Positions 1-8,327 of a stretch of DNA of 40,785 nucleotides are shown here, in pieces. How positions within the stretch are numbered: position 1 is the stretch's first letter; every line of letters starts with the position of its first letter. The position numbers were made by a program, and so were the translations under genes. The stretch covers positions 1 through 40,785 of the forward strand of contig CALIOW010000091.1 of the NCBI GenBank assembly GCA_938044725.1, given 5' to 3'. Source of the DNA: an uncultured Clostridia bacterium (GTDB lineage: Bacteria > Bacillota > Clostridia > UMGS1840). The notes under the pieces are model-generated. The model ran no database searches. It saw only the letters and a program-made list of their open reading frames with translations, and had not been told where the DNA came from.

Positions 1-3000
1 TGGTCCGACCCGTATCTTCGCGGACGCGGTATCGGAATATACGGATATGACTGCGGAAAAGAAGCATATCAAGCGGCGGCGGGATATAATCACAATTATG
101 CAAATAATCATATTTATAATACCGGTATACACGGTGTTGTAATCCGTGCCGGAGACAGAATAGATTTAGATTCGGCAAATCACACCGTAATTAATTGTGA
201 AATTAATAATACCGGAAGATTTGAACAGTCCTTCGGTGCTTCTGTTGAAGCATACGGTGTTGGTGTAAATGTTATCGGAAATACCCTTCACGACGCACCG
301 TTTTCTGCAATTCGCTTTGCGACCAATGACAGCGTAATTGAATATAACGATATATATAACTGCATGAACGAAGGAAACGATATGGGCGTTTTGTATGGCT
401 CAGGCTGGGACGCAAGCATTTGTGCAGGTACTGAAATCAGATACAACTATATTCATGATATAGACGGAACATTATCGGGTTCGGGTATTGTCGGTGGCGG
501 CGACATTGTAGGTTTAAAGGAAAATGTTGCAAGAAGAATCGGAATTTATTCCGACGACGGAAAACCGTTCTTGGAAATGCATCATAATATTTTTGCCAAC
601 ATGCCTATAGGTATTGTAGGACACGGTGGCGCCGAGCATAATATGAACGATAATATTTTTATAAACGTTAGAAAACCAATTTGGATTGAAGGATATGTTG
701 AAAGCATTAAAGCGGCATATGAGGAAAAAGGCGTAGGAGGAATGTGGTCTGTTCCTAACTTAGGCGGCGCTGAATATGGGGCTTTGGATAACCCCGCATG
801 GAGAGAAAAACACCCTGAGGTTTTCAAGGTAAAAGACGAGCTTACGGCGAGAGCTGATTCCGCGTGGTGGGGCGGTCATGATATCAAAGGAAACTACAGC
901 GTATTCTATACGAATCCCGATGATTGCAACGCTACGCTCACATTTTACTATGAATATGGATTAAAGTATGCAAGAGTTGCTAACAATACGTTTACGACCT
1001 CAACCGAAGGCTTTGCGGATGTTGCAAACGGCGATTATTCATTCACGGAAAATTCAAAAGTGCTTAAAACAAACCCAAATCTTAAATCTATTGATTTTAA
1101 AAAAATCGGAAGAAGTAAAGACGTAAAATCCATACTTGTGAACGGTTTGGCATCTACATCGAAAACATTAAAGCTTTCAGACTGCAACATCACCACCAAA
1201 GCATTAAGATTGGTTTTCAATGAAGAACTCACGAACTTTACTGCGAAATTATTTAATACTGCAAACAATGAAATTGCCGTTACAGCTTCAACAGGCGGAA
1301 AAGCCGCAACGGTTAAAGCTTCTGTACCTATGTCGTTGGAGGGGAATTATTATCTTATCTATACGGCAACGTCAGCCTCGGGAACTTTTGAAGGCTGTAA
1401 AAAGATCGCCTTCAATAAAATCTGGGCAGATGATTTTGAAAGTTATAATGACGTTTCAGAGCTTGGTGAAAATTACAACGTTACTTATCAGGGCAGCGGC
1501 GCCAAGGATTTTAGCGATAAAGCTTCAGAATTTGAACTTTTCACAAGAGACGGAAACACCTATCTCAATATGAAAAGCGACCAGATATACTTAAAGCCCA
1601 AAACGTGCGGTGTAAACGCAACATATGAAATTGATGTTCTTGCAAAGGATTCGACAGCAGAGAATCCTACATCCGCAAATTTTATGGTTCATACTAATAT
1701 GTATCCCGATTATTATGAGGGAACCTTGATTCAAGTTTCATCATTTGCCAATGCAATAAAATATCAGGATTTCTTCTCAGCGGCAAGACCTCCGATTGTT
1801 CATGGTGAAACGTATGCGTTTATCAGAGAAACATCTGCTGTAAAGGGCTCGCCTTTTTATGCGGCGGCTTTCTGCAACGGAAATTTTCTTGGCGAAGGAT
1901 ATAAAGAGACTTTCAATATGACAAATGCTGATTACAACACATTTTCAATTTGTAAATGGAGTAATCCGGATTTACTTATCGACAATATGAAAATCTATAC
2001 AGTAACGGAAGAAGATATAGAGACAACTCTCGAGCTTAAAAATATTTCAGCGACAAAATCAGAAGTTGTCTTGGATTACGGCGCAAAAATTCCTAACGGA
2101 GCTTTCACATTAACGAAAGACGGCGTGCCCGTTGCCGCTTCCGTTTCGAAAACAAACGGAGGAAAAACAGTTGTTATTACGCCTAAAACCGAGCTTGTAC
2201 TTGATACACTCTATGAAATTCACGTAACGGGTGTTTCCGATGAATACGGAAGAACAATTAACGGATATAATCAGCCGTTTATGCTGAAAAAATTATTTGC
2301 AGACGACTTTCAGTCCTATACAAATGTTTCCGATATGGACAGCGTATGGAATGTAAGCAGTACATCATTAAGCAAAGATTATACGGTAAGCGATTATAAT
2401 GCGCACGCCGGAAAAGATGTTTACACTCTCGAGGACGGCTGGCTTGCCATTAACGGAAACTACAACAAAGAAAACGGCGCAATCAATATAAAATCCGACG
2501 ATGTATCGCAGTGGAACAAATATACCTTGGAATTGGATGTAAAAAGAGACCAAGGTACACCGTATTATTTAGATATAATGTATCATATGGTAAGAACTAA
2601 CGGCAAACCCAACGATTATACAAATAATTTCCGTTTTGGACTTTGGCAAAACGGAAGGGTGCAAACCTTCTTTACAAAAGACATAGTATCAAATGATTCA
2701 GACGTCATATTCACAAAGGATTCTTATCACCTTAAATTAACGACAAAGACAGGAAATGATTTACAGGTATACAAGGACAACGAAAAAGCGTTATCATATG
2801 CATATGACCTACCGTTAGCAACCTATGCGGCAGGCGGTGAAATCGGATTTAAGGTTATAGGCGGAGATAATAAGCAGTATATAGATAACGTACTTGCGTA
2901 TAAGCTTCTTACGTTTGATAAAATTCCTACAGCTCCCGAACTGCAAAATATTTCGGCAACAAAATCGGAAGTTACCATGGATTACAGCGAGATTGTTTTC

Positions 3001-4122
3001 GACGGAGATTTCACATTAACGAAAGATGGTGCGGCTGTTGAAGCTTCCGTTTCAAAAACAAACGGCGGAAAAACGGTTGTTATTACTCCTAAAACCGAGC
3101 TTGCGCTTGACACGGTATATGAACTTCATGCGTCTGACATTTTTGATTACGTAGGCGGAACAACACCCGCATATGACAAACCGTTTATGCTGCAAACATT
3201 ATTCGCAGACGACTTTTCTTACACAAGCGTTGCCGAAATGGATAAGGTTTGGAACGTCAGCGATCAAAATTTGGATAAGGATTATTCGGTAAGCGGTTTC
3301 AACACTTTTGCAGGAAAAGATATTTACACTCTTGAAAACGGCAGACTTGCTATTAACGGAAACTATAAAAACGGCGCAATCAATATTAAAGCATATGACG
3401 CGTCGCAGTGGAATAACTATACATTGGAAGTGGATATCGGAAAAGACGCCGGTAAAAGATGGTGGTTAGATATTCTGTATAATATGTATAGAAATAACAA
3501 AAGACCTAACGATATCAGAAATAACTTCCGTTTGGGATTGGATTGGAAAAATAACACCGGGGCAACGGCGTATTTCCTTGATTGCAACAATTACGGTCAT
3601 CCAACTAAAACGGGTGTGTTCAATGCTGATACGCATCACCTTAAATTTACAACCACAACAGGATATGACTTGCAGGTATTTAAGGACAAAGAAAATGTAT
3701 TTTCACAAACATATGGCAGAGCTTTCGGAAACGGAGAAATCGGCTTCAAGGTATTGGGAGGCGATACGGATAAGCAATATATCGACAACGTGCTTGTATA
3801 TAAGCTTGTTGAGTTGGATAACAGCATTCTTATAAAAGAAGCAAATGTAACCAAAACAGGCGTTACGGGAACATATATACTTGAAGCTTATGACGCTTCG
3901 AAAAACGCTAATGTAATTGTTGCGGCATACGGAGAATCCAACAAGCTTCTCGGAATGCAGATTATTACAGATGCAACATCGCAGGACGGCGCTTTCTTGT
4001 TTGAATGCAATACACCCGAAAATATCACATATGTAAAGGCATACCTTTGGAATTCAATCGGCGGTATGACCCCCGAAAGACTTCCCGGTATTAAAGCTTT
4101 AAAATACCATACATATGAATAA
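1..4122 (+). CDS. Right-handed parallel beta-helix protein, 5' end cut by the window edge, with C-terminal Ig-like and ConA/LamG-like lectin module repeats
   Basis: Frame 1 is open from nt 1 (WSDPYLRGRGIGIYGYDCGK...) into tracked ORF 364..4122, so the true start lies upstream of the window. Beta-helix rungs are visible (NHIYNTGIHGVVI, NCEINNTGRF, IGNTLHDAPFSAIRF). The signatures NDMGVLY...RYNYIHDI and IYSDDG...MHHNIF are shared with CDS 31301 and CDS 35586. Three [WF]ADDF..SY...IDN modules and two Ig-like modules follow. Confidence 0.85.
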   Translation, partial: WSDPYLRGRGIGIYGYDCGKEAYQAAAGYNHNYANNHIYNTGIHGVVIRAGDRIDLDSANHTVINCEINNTGRFEQSFGASVEAYGVGVNVIGNTLHDAPFSAIRFATNDSVIEYNDIYNCMNEGNDMGVLYGSGWDASICAGTEIRYNYIHDIDGTLSGSGIVGGGDIVGLKENVARRIGIYSDDGKPFLEMHHNIFANMPIGIVGHGGAEHNMNDNIFINVRKPIWIEGYVESIKAAYEEKGVGGMWSVPNLGGAEYGALDNPAWREKHPEVFKVKDELTARADSAWWGGHDIKGNYSVFYTNPDDCNATLTFYYEYGLKYARVANNTFTTSTEGFADVANGDYSFTENSKVLKTNPNLKSIDFKKIGRSKDVKSILVNGLASTSKTLKLSDCNITTKALRLVFNEELTNFTAKLFNTANNEIAVTASTGGKAATVKASVPMSLEGNYYLIYTATSASGTFEGCKKIAFNKIWADDFESYNDVSELGENYNVTYQGSGAKDFSDKASEFELFTRDGNTYLNMKSDQIYLKPKTCGVNATYEIDVLAKDSTAENPTSANFMVHTNMYPDYYEGTLIQVSSFANAIKYQDFFSAARPPIVHGETYAFIRETSAVKGSPFYAAAFCNGNFLGEGYKETFNMTNADYNTFSICKWSNPDLLIDNMKIYTVTEEDIETTLELKNISATKSEVVLDYGAKIPNGAFTLTKDGVPVAASVSKTNGGKTVVITPKTELVLDTLYEIHVTGVSDEYGRTINGYNQPFMLKKLFADDFQSYTNVSDMDSVWNVSSTSLSKDYTVSDYNAHAGKDVYTLEDGWLAINGNYNKENGAINIKSDDVSQWNKYTLELDVKRDQGTPYYLDIMYHMVRTNGKPNDYTNNFRFGLWQNGRVQTFFTKDIVSNDSDVIFTKDSYHLKLTTKTGNDLQVYKDNEKALSYAYDLPLATYAAGGEIGFKVIGGDNKQYIDNVLAYKLLTFDKIPTAPELQNISATKSEVTMDYSEIVFDGDFTLTKDGAAVEASVSKTNGGKTVVITPKTELALDTVYELHASDIFDYVGGTTPAYDKPFMLQTLFADDFSYTSVAEMDKVWNVSDQNLDKDYSVSGFNTFAGKDIYTLENGRLAINGNYKNGAINIKAYDASQWNNYTLEVDIGKDAGKRWWLDILYNMYRNNKRPNDIRNNFRLGLDWKNNTGATAYFLDCNNYGHPTKTGVFNADTHHLKFTTTTGYDLQVFKDKENVFSQTYGRAFGNGEIGFKVLGGDTDKQYIDNVLVYKLVELDNSILIKEANVTKTGVTGTYILEAYDASKNANVIVAAYGESNKLLGMQIITDATSQDGAFLFECNTPENITYVKAYLWNSIGGMTPERLPGIKALKYHTYE
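2035..3810 (+). repeat. In-frame tandem duplication (period about 906 bp) of an Ig-like plus lectin-like module pair inside CDS 1..4122
   Basis: LKNISATKSEVVLDYG...TKDGVPVAASVSKTNGGKTVVITPKTEL...FADDFQSY...YIDNVLAYKL (about 2035..2910) recurs as LQNISATKSEVTMDYS...TKDGAAVEASVSKTNGGKTVVITPKTEL...FADDFSY...YIDNVLVYKL (about 2941..3810). Stretches of about 90 nt are near-identical at DNA level, for example 2140..2200 against 3046..3106. Confidence 0.85.
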
Positions 4123-4141
4123 TATCTGATTATTTTCATCA

Positions 4142-4171
4142 TATAGAGGCGGTGAAATATCCGCCTCTATA
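4142..4171 (+). terminator. Terminator-like hairpin after CDS 1..4122 (copy A)
   Basis: 11-bp perfect stem TATAGAGGCGG / CCGCCTCTATA with an 8-nt loop, starting 20 nt after the stop codon. The trailing tract is ATTATAAAAAAA, a weak U-tract, so strength is uncertain. Confidence 0.5.
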
Positions 4172-4208
4172 ATTATAAAAAAATAAAGAAAAAATGTGAA
4201 TTTAAAGA

Positions 4209-4237
4209 TTGACATTGCAAGAATTTTGTGATATAAT
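4209..4237 (+). promoter_or_regulatory. Consensus sigma-A type promoter: TTGACA, 17 bp spacer, TGaTATAAT
   Basis: Exact TTGACA at 4209-4214, a 17-nt spacer ending in TGa (extended -10), and exact TATAAT at 4232-4237. It lies in the intergenic region between two terminator-like hairpins. Confidence 0.65.
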
Positions 4238-4243
4238 CTTTTT

Positions 4244-4372
4244 TGAAAGTGCGGAAAACGGAACTTTCAAAAAAATTGATGATTATTTGATATGCTAAAA
4301 AGCAAATACCGATGAATAATATGTAATTCTTATTTTTATCGTATAGAGGCGGTGAAATAACGCCTCTATAAT
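4244..4372 (+). ncRNA. Candidate about 130-nt small RNA, or an attenuating leader of the GH38 operon
   Basis: The predicted start lies about 7 nt after the consensus -10. A 5' hairpin TTTGAAAGT-(12)-ACTTTCAAA sits at 4244-4273. The element ends at hairpin copy B (4342..4370). It contains no credible ORF. Confidence 0.3.
4342..4370 (+). terminator. Terminator-like hairpin (copy B), duplicate of 4142..4171
   Basis: 10-bp perfect stem TATAGAGGCG / CGCCTCTATA with a 9-nt loop, followed by the same flank ATTATAAAAG. It is part of a roughly 66-bp imperfect direct repeat of 4115..4180. Confidence 0.5.
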
Positions 4373-4469
4373 TATAAAAGATGAAGCTTTTAACAAAGGG
4401 CATAAATAGTATGTTTTTTATTAAAAATTTTACATTAAATACATAAATTAAATTTTGGAGGACATAAAA

Positions 4470-7100
4470 ATGGATAAGGTAAATATTTTAGTAAATTCGC
4501 ATTTTGATTTGATGTGGAGAAGACCGTTTAAGAAGAATTTTGTATCGAAAGGATATAATTATGTTTCTTACGGCGATTTGGAAGCTTATTACATAATAGA
4601 TAATATAAACTTTGCAAAGAAGCACGATTTTTATAAATTCGATGTTGAGTGCGTTGATGTTTTGAAAAACTTCTTGGAGAATTATCCCGAGTATTTTGAA
4701 GATGTGAAAAAGCTCATGCGCGAAAAACGCCTTAACACAACATGGACGGGAAACAACATTGTTGACTGCAATATGGCAAACGGCGAATCGGTTGTCAGAA
4801 ATTTTTTATACGGAAAGAAATATTTGGAAGAAAATTTCAATTATACTCCCAAATACTGTAATCGCTCGGATGCCTTTGGTAATTCGGCGCAGTTACCGCA
4901 GATTTTAAGAAAATTCGGAATGAAAATGGTATATAACATCACATACAGCAATGCTAACGGCAATTATTGGAGAGGTTTGGACGGCAGTACCGTTGTTGTG
5001 GGAACTGAACCCAAAAGCTGCGGCTCAACGGGCGGATATTACAAATATGCTCCATGCCCGAAATGTAAGGGCTTCAAAGACGGTTGTGATGAGTGCGGCG
5101 GCAGAGGAATAGATACAAAGCAAATGGAGCCGTTTTTGGTACATATTAATGATGAAAAAATAAAAGAAGACGGACAGGAAAAGCTTATAAGAGTATGGTC
5201 GGAGGAGATTTTATCATCTGACGAGAGCATAAAATGGTATGAAAAAAATAAGGATAGATTTGATATTCATTATGTCGGATATGATGATTTAATGGAAAAA
5301 GCAAATGCCGACTTGATTGCAAATGTTGATAATGCGCCCGAAAATGAACTGCATGACAGCTGTGAGATAAACGTTAATAACACAGGCTGTTATGTTTCGA
5401 GAATCGAAGCTAAAAGACGTTTGAGAAAATGCGAAAATATGATGTTCTCATTGGAAACGCTTTTAAACGCATCAAGCTGTCCCGATAAAGAAGAAATGAA
5501 AAAAGAAATCGAAAAGCTGTGGGATAATATCATATTCGGAATGTTCCATGATGCAGTACCAGGCACTCATGTCGACAGCGCAAATGAAGAGCTTATGGAA
5601 ATATATGACGAAACGGAAAGCAAATTGAGCGAGCTTACATATAAGCTTCTTGATTATGCCAAATCAAACAACAAAAATGTTTTAAGCGTGTACAATCCGC
5701 TTTCGTTTAGCGTAACAAAGCTTATAAAAGCTGAAATAAAAACAGATAAGAATGTAAAATTGTCATTAAACGGAAAAGAAATTCCCGTTGTGTCGTCTGA
5801 AAAGCAGGGCGATAAAACGGAAATTGAATTTGTATGCGAAAGTATACCCGCATATGAAACTTTTGTTTATGACGTTGAATATACGGATTGCGATACGGCG
5901 GCGGCAGTAACCACCGAAGAAATAAAAACAAATGAAGCGGCTGAAATAAGCGATAAAATTGAGGAACGCGGCGCAACGGGAGCAAGCGCAAACGAAAGCG
6001 CTGAGATATTCGAGATAGAAAATAATTTTTATAAAATTACTGCCGATACGCAGGGATTAATCGAAATATTTGACAAAAAATTAAATAAACCGATTTCCAA
6101 AAAGGCACAGTTCAGACCGTTTGAGCTTGTTATGGAACATGACGAAGGCTCTCCGTGGTCAACTTTGAGCGAGGATATGAGAAGAACGGGCTGCTCGATA
6201 TGGACAAGGCTTTTGAGAATCGAAAAATCCTCCGAATTTGAAAGACTTGTATTTGAGGTTCGCCCGGGCGACATTTCCACATACAGCGTAATGGGATTTT
6301 TCGGCGAATACAGCGTAACGCTTTATAAATCCATAAAACACGTTGATTTCAGAACAAACATAAAATGGGATACATACAGCTACAGAATAAGAATTGCTGT
6401 TCCAAGCATGATAAAAGGTAAGCATTTTTATGAAATTCCGTTCGGCTATATTGAAAGAAAGCCATATGAAGTGAATTTGAAATGGCCCGATAACACATCA
6501 ACCTGGGCAGGCGCGGCAGGGGATTATCCTGCAATCAACTGGGCAGGCATAACGGACGGCGAGGCTTCAATTGCACTCTTTAATAAAGGAACGCCGTCAT
6601 ATCAGATTTCAGATGATGAAACGGGCGTGAATACGATATTTGTAACACCTTTAAGAAGTCCGTGCATTCCGACATATCTGCACGATACGCAGAATTATAC
6701 AATGACCGATTTTGACGGAATGAGAGATGGGGGAGAATATACGTTTGACTTTGCGCTTTGCGGATATAAGGGCGATTTTAAGGCTAACGATGCAGTGAAA
6801 GACGGAATGATATTCAACAGAAATTTGCTTGCCGTAAATGATGAAATATCTTTAAATAAGCTTCCGACGCTGAAATCAGATGATTTGATTATAACAAATA
6901 TCAAAATGAGCGAGGATAACAAAGGTGTTGTACTTCGTGTTCTTGAAATACACGGAGCAGGCGGAAAAGGCGAATTAAATATTCCGTTTGAACACGGCGG
7001 CATTTTTGAATGCGACCTCAATGAAAAAGCTATTGCGGAGCTTACAAATAATATCGATGCCAAGCCGTTTGAAATTAAAACTGTTTATATTAAGCTTTGA
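4470..7100 (+). CDS. GH38-family alpha-mannosidase-like glycoside hydrolase, cytoplasmic
   Basis: GGAGG at 4457-4461 lies 8 nt before the ATG at 4470; the track's TTG at 4455 overlaps that RBS. GH38-type motifs seen: VNSHFDLMW (metal-binding H/D), SDAFGNSAQLPQIL (DPFGHS-like nucleophile region) and FHDAVPGTH. Size is about 876 aa. No signal peptide. Confidence 0.8.
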   Translation: MDKVNILVNSHFDLMWRRPFKKNFVSKGYNYVSYGDLEAYYIIDNINFAKKHDFYKFDVECVDVLKNFLENYPEYFEDVKKLMREKRLNTTWTGNNIVDCNMANGESVVRNFLYGKKYLEENFNYTPKYCNRSDAFGNSAQLPQILRKFGMKMVYNITYSNANGNYWRGLDGSTVVVGTEPKSCGSTGGYYKYAPCPKCKGFKDGCDECGGRGIDTKQMEPFLVHINDEKIKEDGQEKLIRVWSEEILSSDESIKWYEKNKDRFDIHYVGYDDLMEKANADLIANVDNAPENELHDSCEINVNNTGCYVSRIEAKRRLRKCENMMFSLETLLNASSCPDKEEMKKEIEKLWDNIIFGMFHDAVPGTHVDSANEELMEIYDETESKLSELTYKLLDYAKSNNKNVLSVYNPLSFSVTKLIKAEIKTDKNVKLSLNGKEIPVVSSEKQGDKTEIEFVCESIPAYETFVYDVEYTDCDTAAAVTTEEIKTNEAAEISDKIEERGATGASANESAEIFEIENNFYKITADTQGLIEIFDKKLNKPISKKAQFRPFELVMEHDEGSPWSTLSEDMRRTGCSIWTRLLRIEKSSEFERLVFEVRPGDISTYSVMGFFGEYSVTLYKSIKHVDFRTNIKWDTYSYRIRIAVPSMIKGKHFYEIPFGYIERKPYEVNLKWPDNTSTWAGAAGDYPAINWAGITDGEASIALFNKGTPSYQISDDETGVNTIFVTPLRSPCIPTYLHDTQNYTMTDFDGMRDGGEYTFDFALCGYKGDFKANDAVKDGMIFNRNLLAVNDEISLNKLPTLKSDDLIITNIKMSEDNKGVVLRVLEIHGAGGKGELNIPFEHGGIFECDLNEKAIAELTNNIDAKPFEIKTVYIKL

Positions 7101-7116
7101 AATAGGGAGTGATAAA

Positions 7117-8325
7117 ATGAGATTTGGAGTTAATTATATACCGTCAAAAAAATGGCTTTATTCATGGGCGGATTTTGACGAAAATTCAATTCGTGAGGAT
7201 ATCAAAGCAATAAAAAATTTGGGATTTGACCATGTAAGAACGCATATATTATGGAACATTTTTCAGCCCAATGAGAACTATGTTTCCGAGCTTTGCTTGG
7301 AAAATCTTTCAAAATTCACAAAAATATGCGAAGAAGAAAAAATGGATTTCTTTTTGACATTGTTTACCGGCTGGATGAGCGGAATGGTCTTTATGCCTCC
7401 GTGGCTTAATATCGGAGGCTTTGATTGCTGGAAAAAGGGAATGTTTTCAAACAAAGAAGCAATAAAAGCGGAGTATTATCTGATAGAAAAAGTGGCGGGC
7501 GTTGTTGCAAAAAGCAGTGCATTTTTAGGCTTTGATTTGGGTAATGAACTGAACTGCCTTTTCAGAGAAGAAATAGATGCGGATTTAACAGATGATATTG
7601 CAGACGAATGGAGCCATCTGATGTTCAAGAAATGTTATGAGGCGGCGCCTGAAAAGCTTCACAGTAACGGAATGGGACATTCTCCGTGGTTTGGAAAAAC
7701 GGCAATGTCGAGAAAAACTCTTGCAAATGACGGAAGTATAACTCCCGTCCATGCTTGGGTAACTTTTACCGGTACTTCGGATAAATACGGAATCAACGGA
7801 AAAGAAACATATAGGCTTCCGAATTATATGATAGAAATGGCAAAAGCCTACAGCGAAGATGCAAACAGAATGTATCAGGTTCAAGAGTTCGGTATGGCGG
7901 ACCAATGGTTTAAAACGAATGAAGAACTGGAGAATTTTATTTTCGGAACACTGGAAAACTGTGCGTCCGATAAAAATATCTGGGGTGTAACTTGGTGGTG
8001 TTCGCATGATATAAAGCAGGAATTTTTGGGATTTGTTGATTTTGAACACAACCTTGGTCTTATCGATACCGAAAACAAACCAAAGCAGGCGGGAATCATA
8101 TTCAAAAAGTTTATAGATAACTATAAAGCGGAAAATTATATCCAGCCGCAGCCATCGAAAGCGCTTGTAATACAATCGGGAACGGGAGATGAATGTGATT
8201 TTACCAACGCACAGAGATATTTCGACTGTTATGCAAAAGGGGAAAACGTTGCATTTGTTACCGAAGAAATGAAAAACAACACGGATTATTTGGTATCAAG
8301 AGGAATAAAAGAAATTATCGAATAA
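7117..8325 (+). CDS. Clan GH-A (beta/alpha)8 glycoside hydrolase, GH5/GH113-like, cytoplasmic
   Basis: AGGGAG at 7104-7109 precedes the ATG at 7117. The N-terminus MRFGVNYIPS...GFDHVRTHILWNIFQP is typical of TIM-barrel GH-A enzymes. FDLGNELN gives an NE acid/base motif and VQEFG a candidate nucleophile. No signal peptide. The track's start at 6988 would overlap GH38 by 113 nt. Confidence 0.7.
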   Translation: MRFGVNYIPSKKWLYSWADFDENSIREDIKAIKNLGFDHVRTHILWNIFQPNENYVSELCLENLSKFTKICEEEKMDFFLTLFTGWMSGMVFMPPWLNIGGFDCWKKGMFSNKEAIKAEYYLIEKVAGVVAKSSAFLGFDLGNELNCLFREEIDADLTDDIADEWSHLMFKKCYEAAPEKLHSNGMGHSPWFGKTAMSRKTLANDGSITPVHAWVTFTGTSDKYGINGKETYRLPNYMIEMAKAYSEDANRMYQVQEFGMADQWFKTNEELENFIFGTLENCASDKNIWGVTWWCSHDIKQEFLGFVDFEHNLGLIDTENKPKQAGIIFKKFIDNYKAENYIQPQPSKALVIQSGTGDECDFTNAQRYFDCYAKGENVAFVTEEMKNNTDYLVSRGIKEIIE

Positions 8326-8327
8326 AC

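Noticed and set aside
4173-4403. Tracked 76-aa minus-strand ORF in the intergenic region
   Set aside because: It spans both terminator-like hairpins and the consensus promoter. It has an AT-driven Ile/Phe/Asn/Lys-rich composition and no RBS. The region is better explained as regulatory or ncRNA sequence.
6988-7116. Upstream extension of the GH-A ORF as tracked (start at 6988); also the alternative starts at 4455 (TTG), 9513 and 11326 (GTG)
   Set aside because: Each extended start overlaps the preceding gene, an RBS or a promoter -10 box. In each case an in-frame ATG with a properly spaced GGAG-type RBS lies just downstream, at 7117, 4470, 9537 and 11356.
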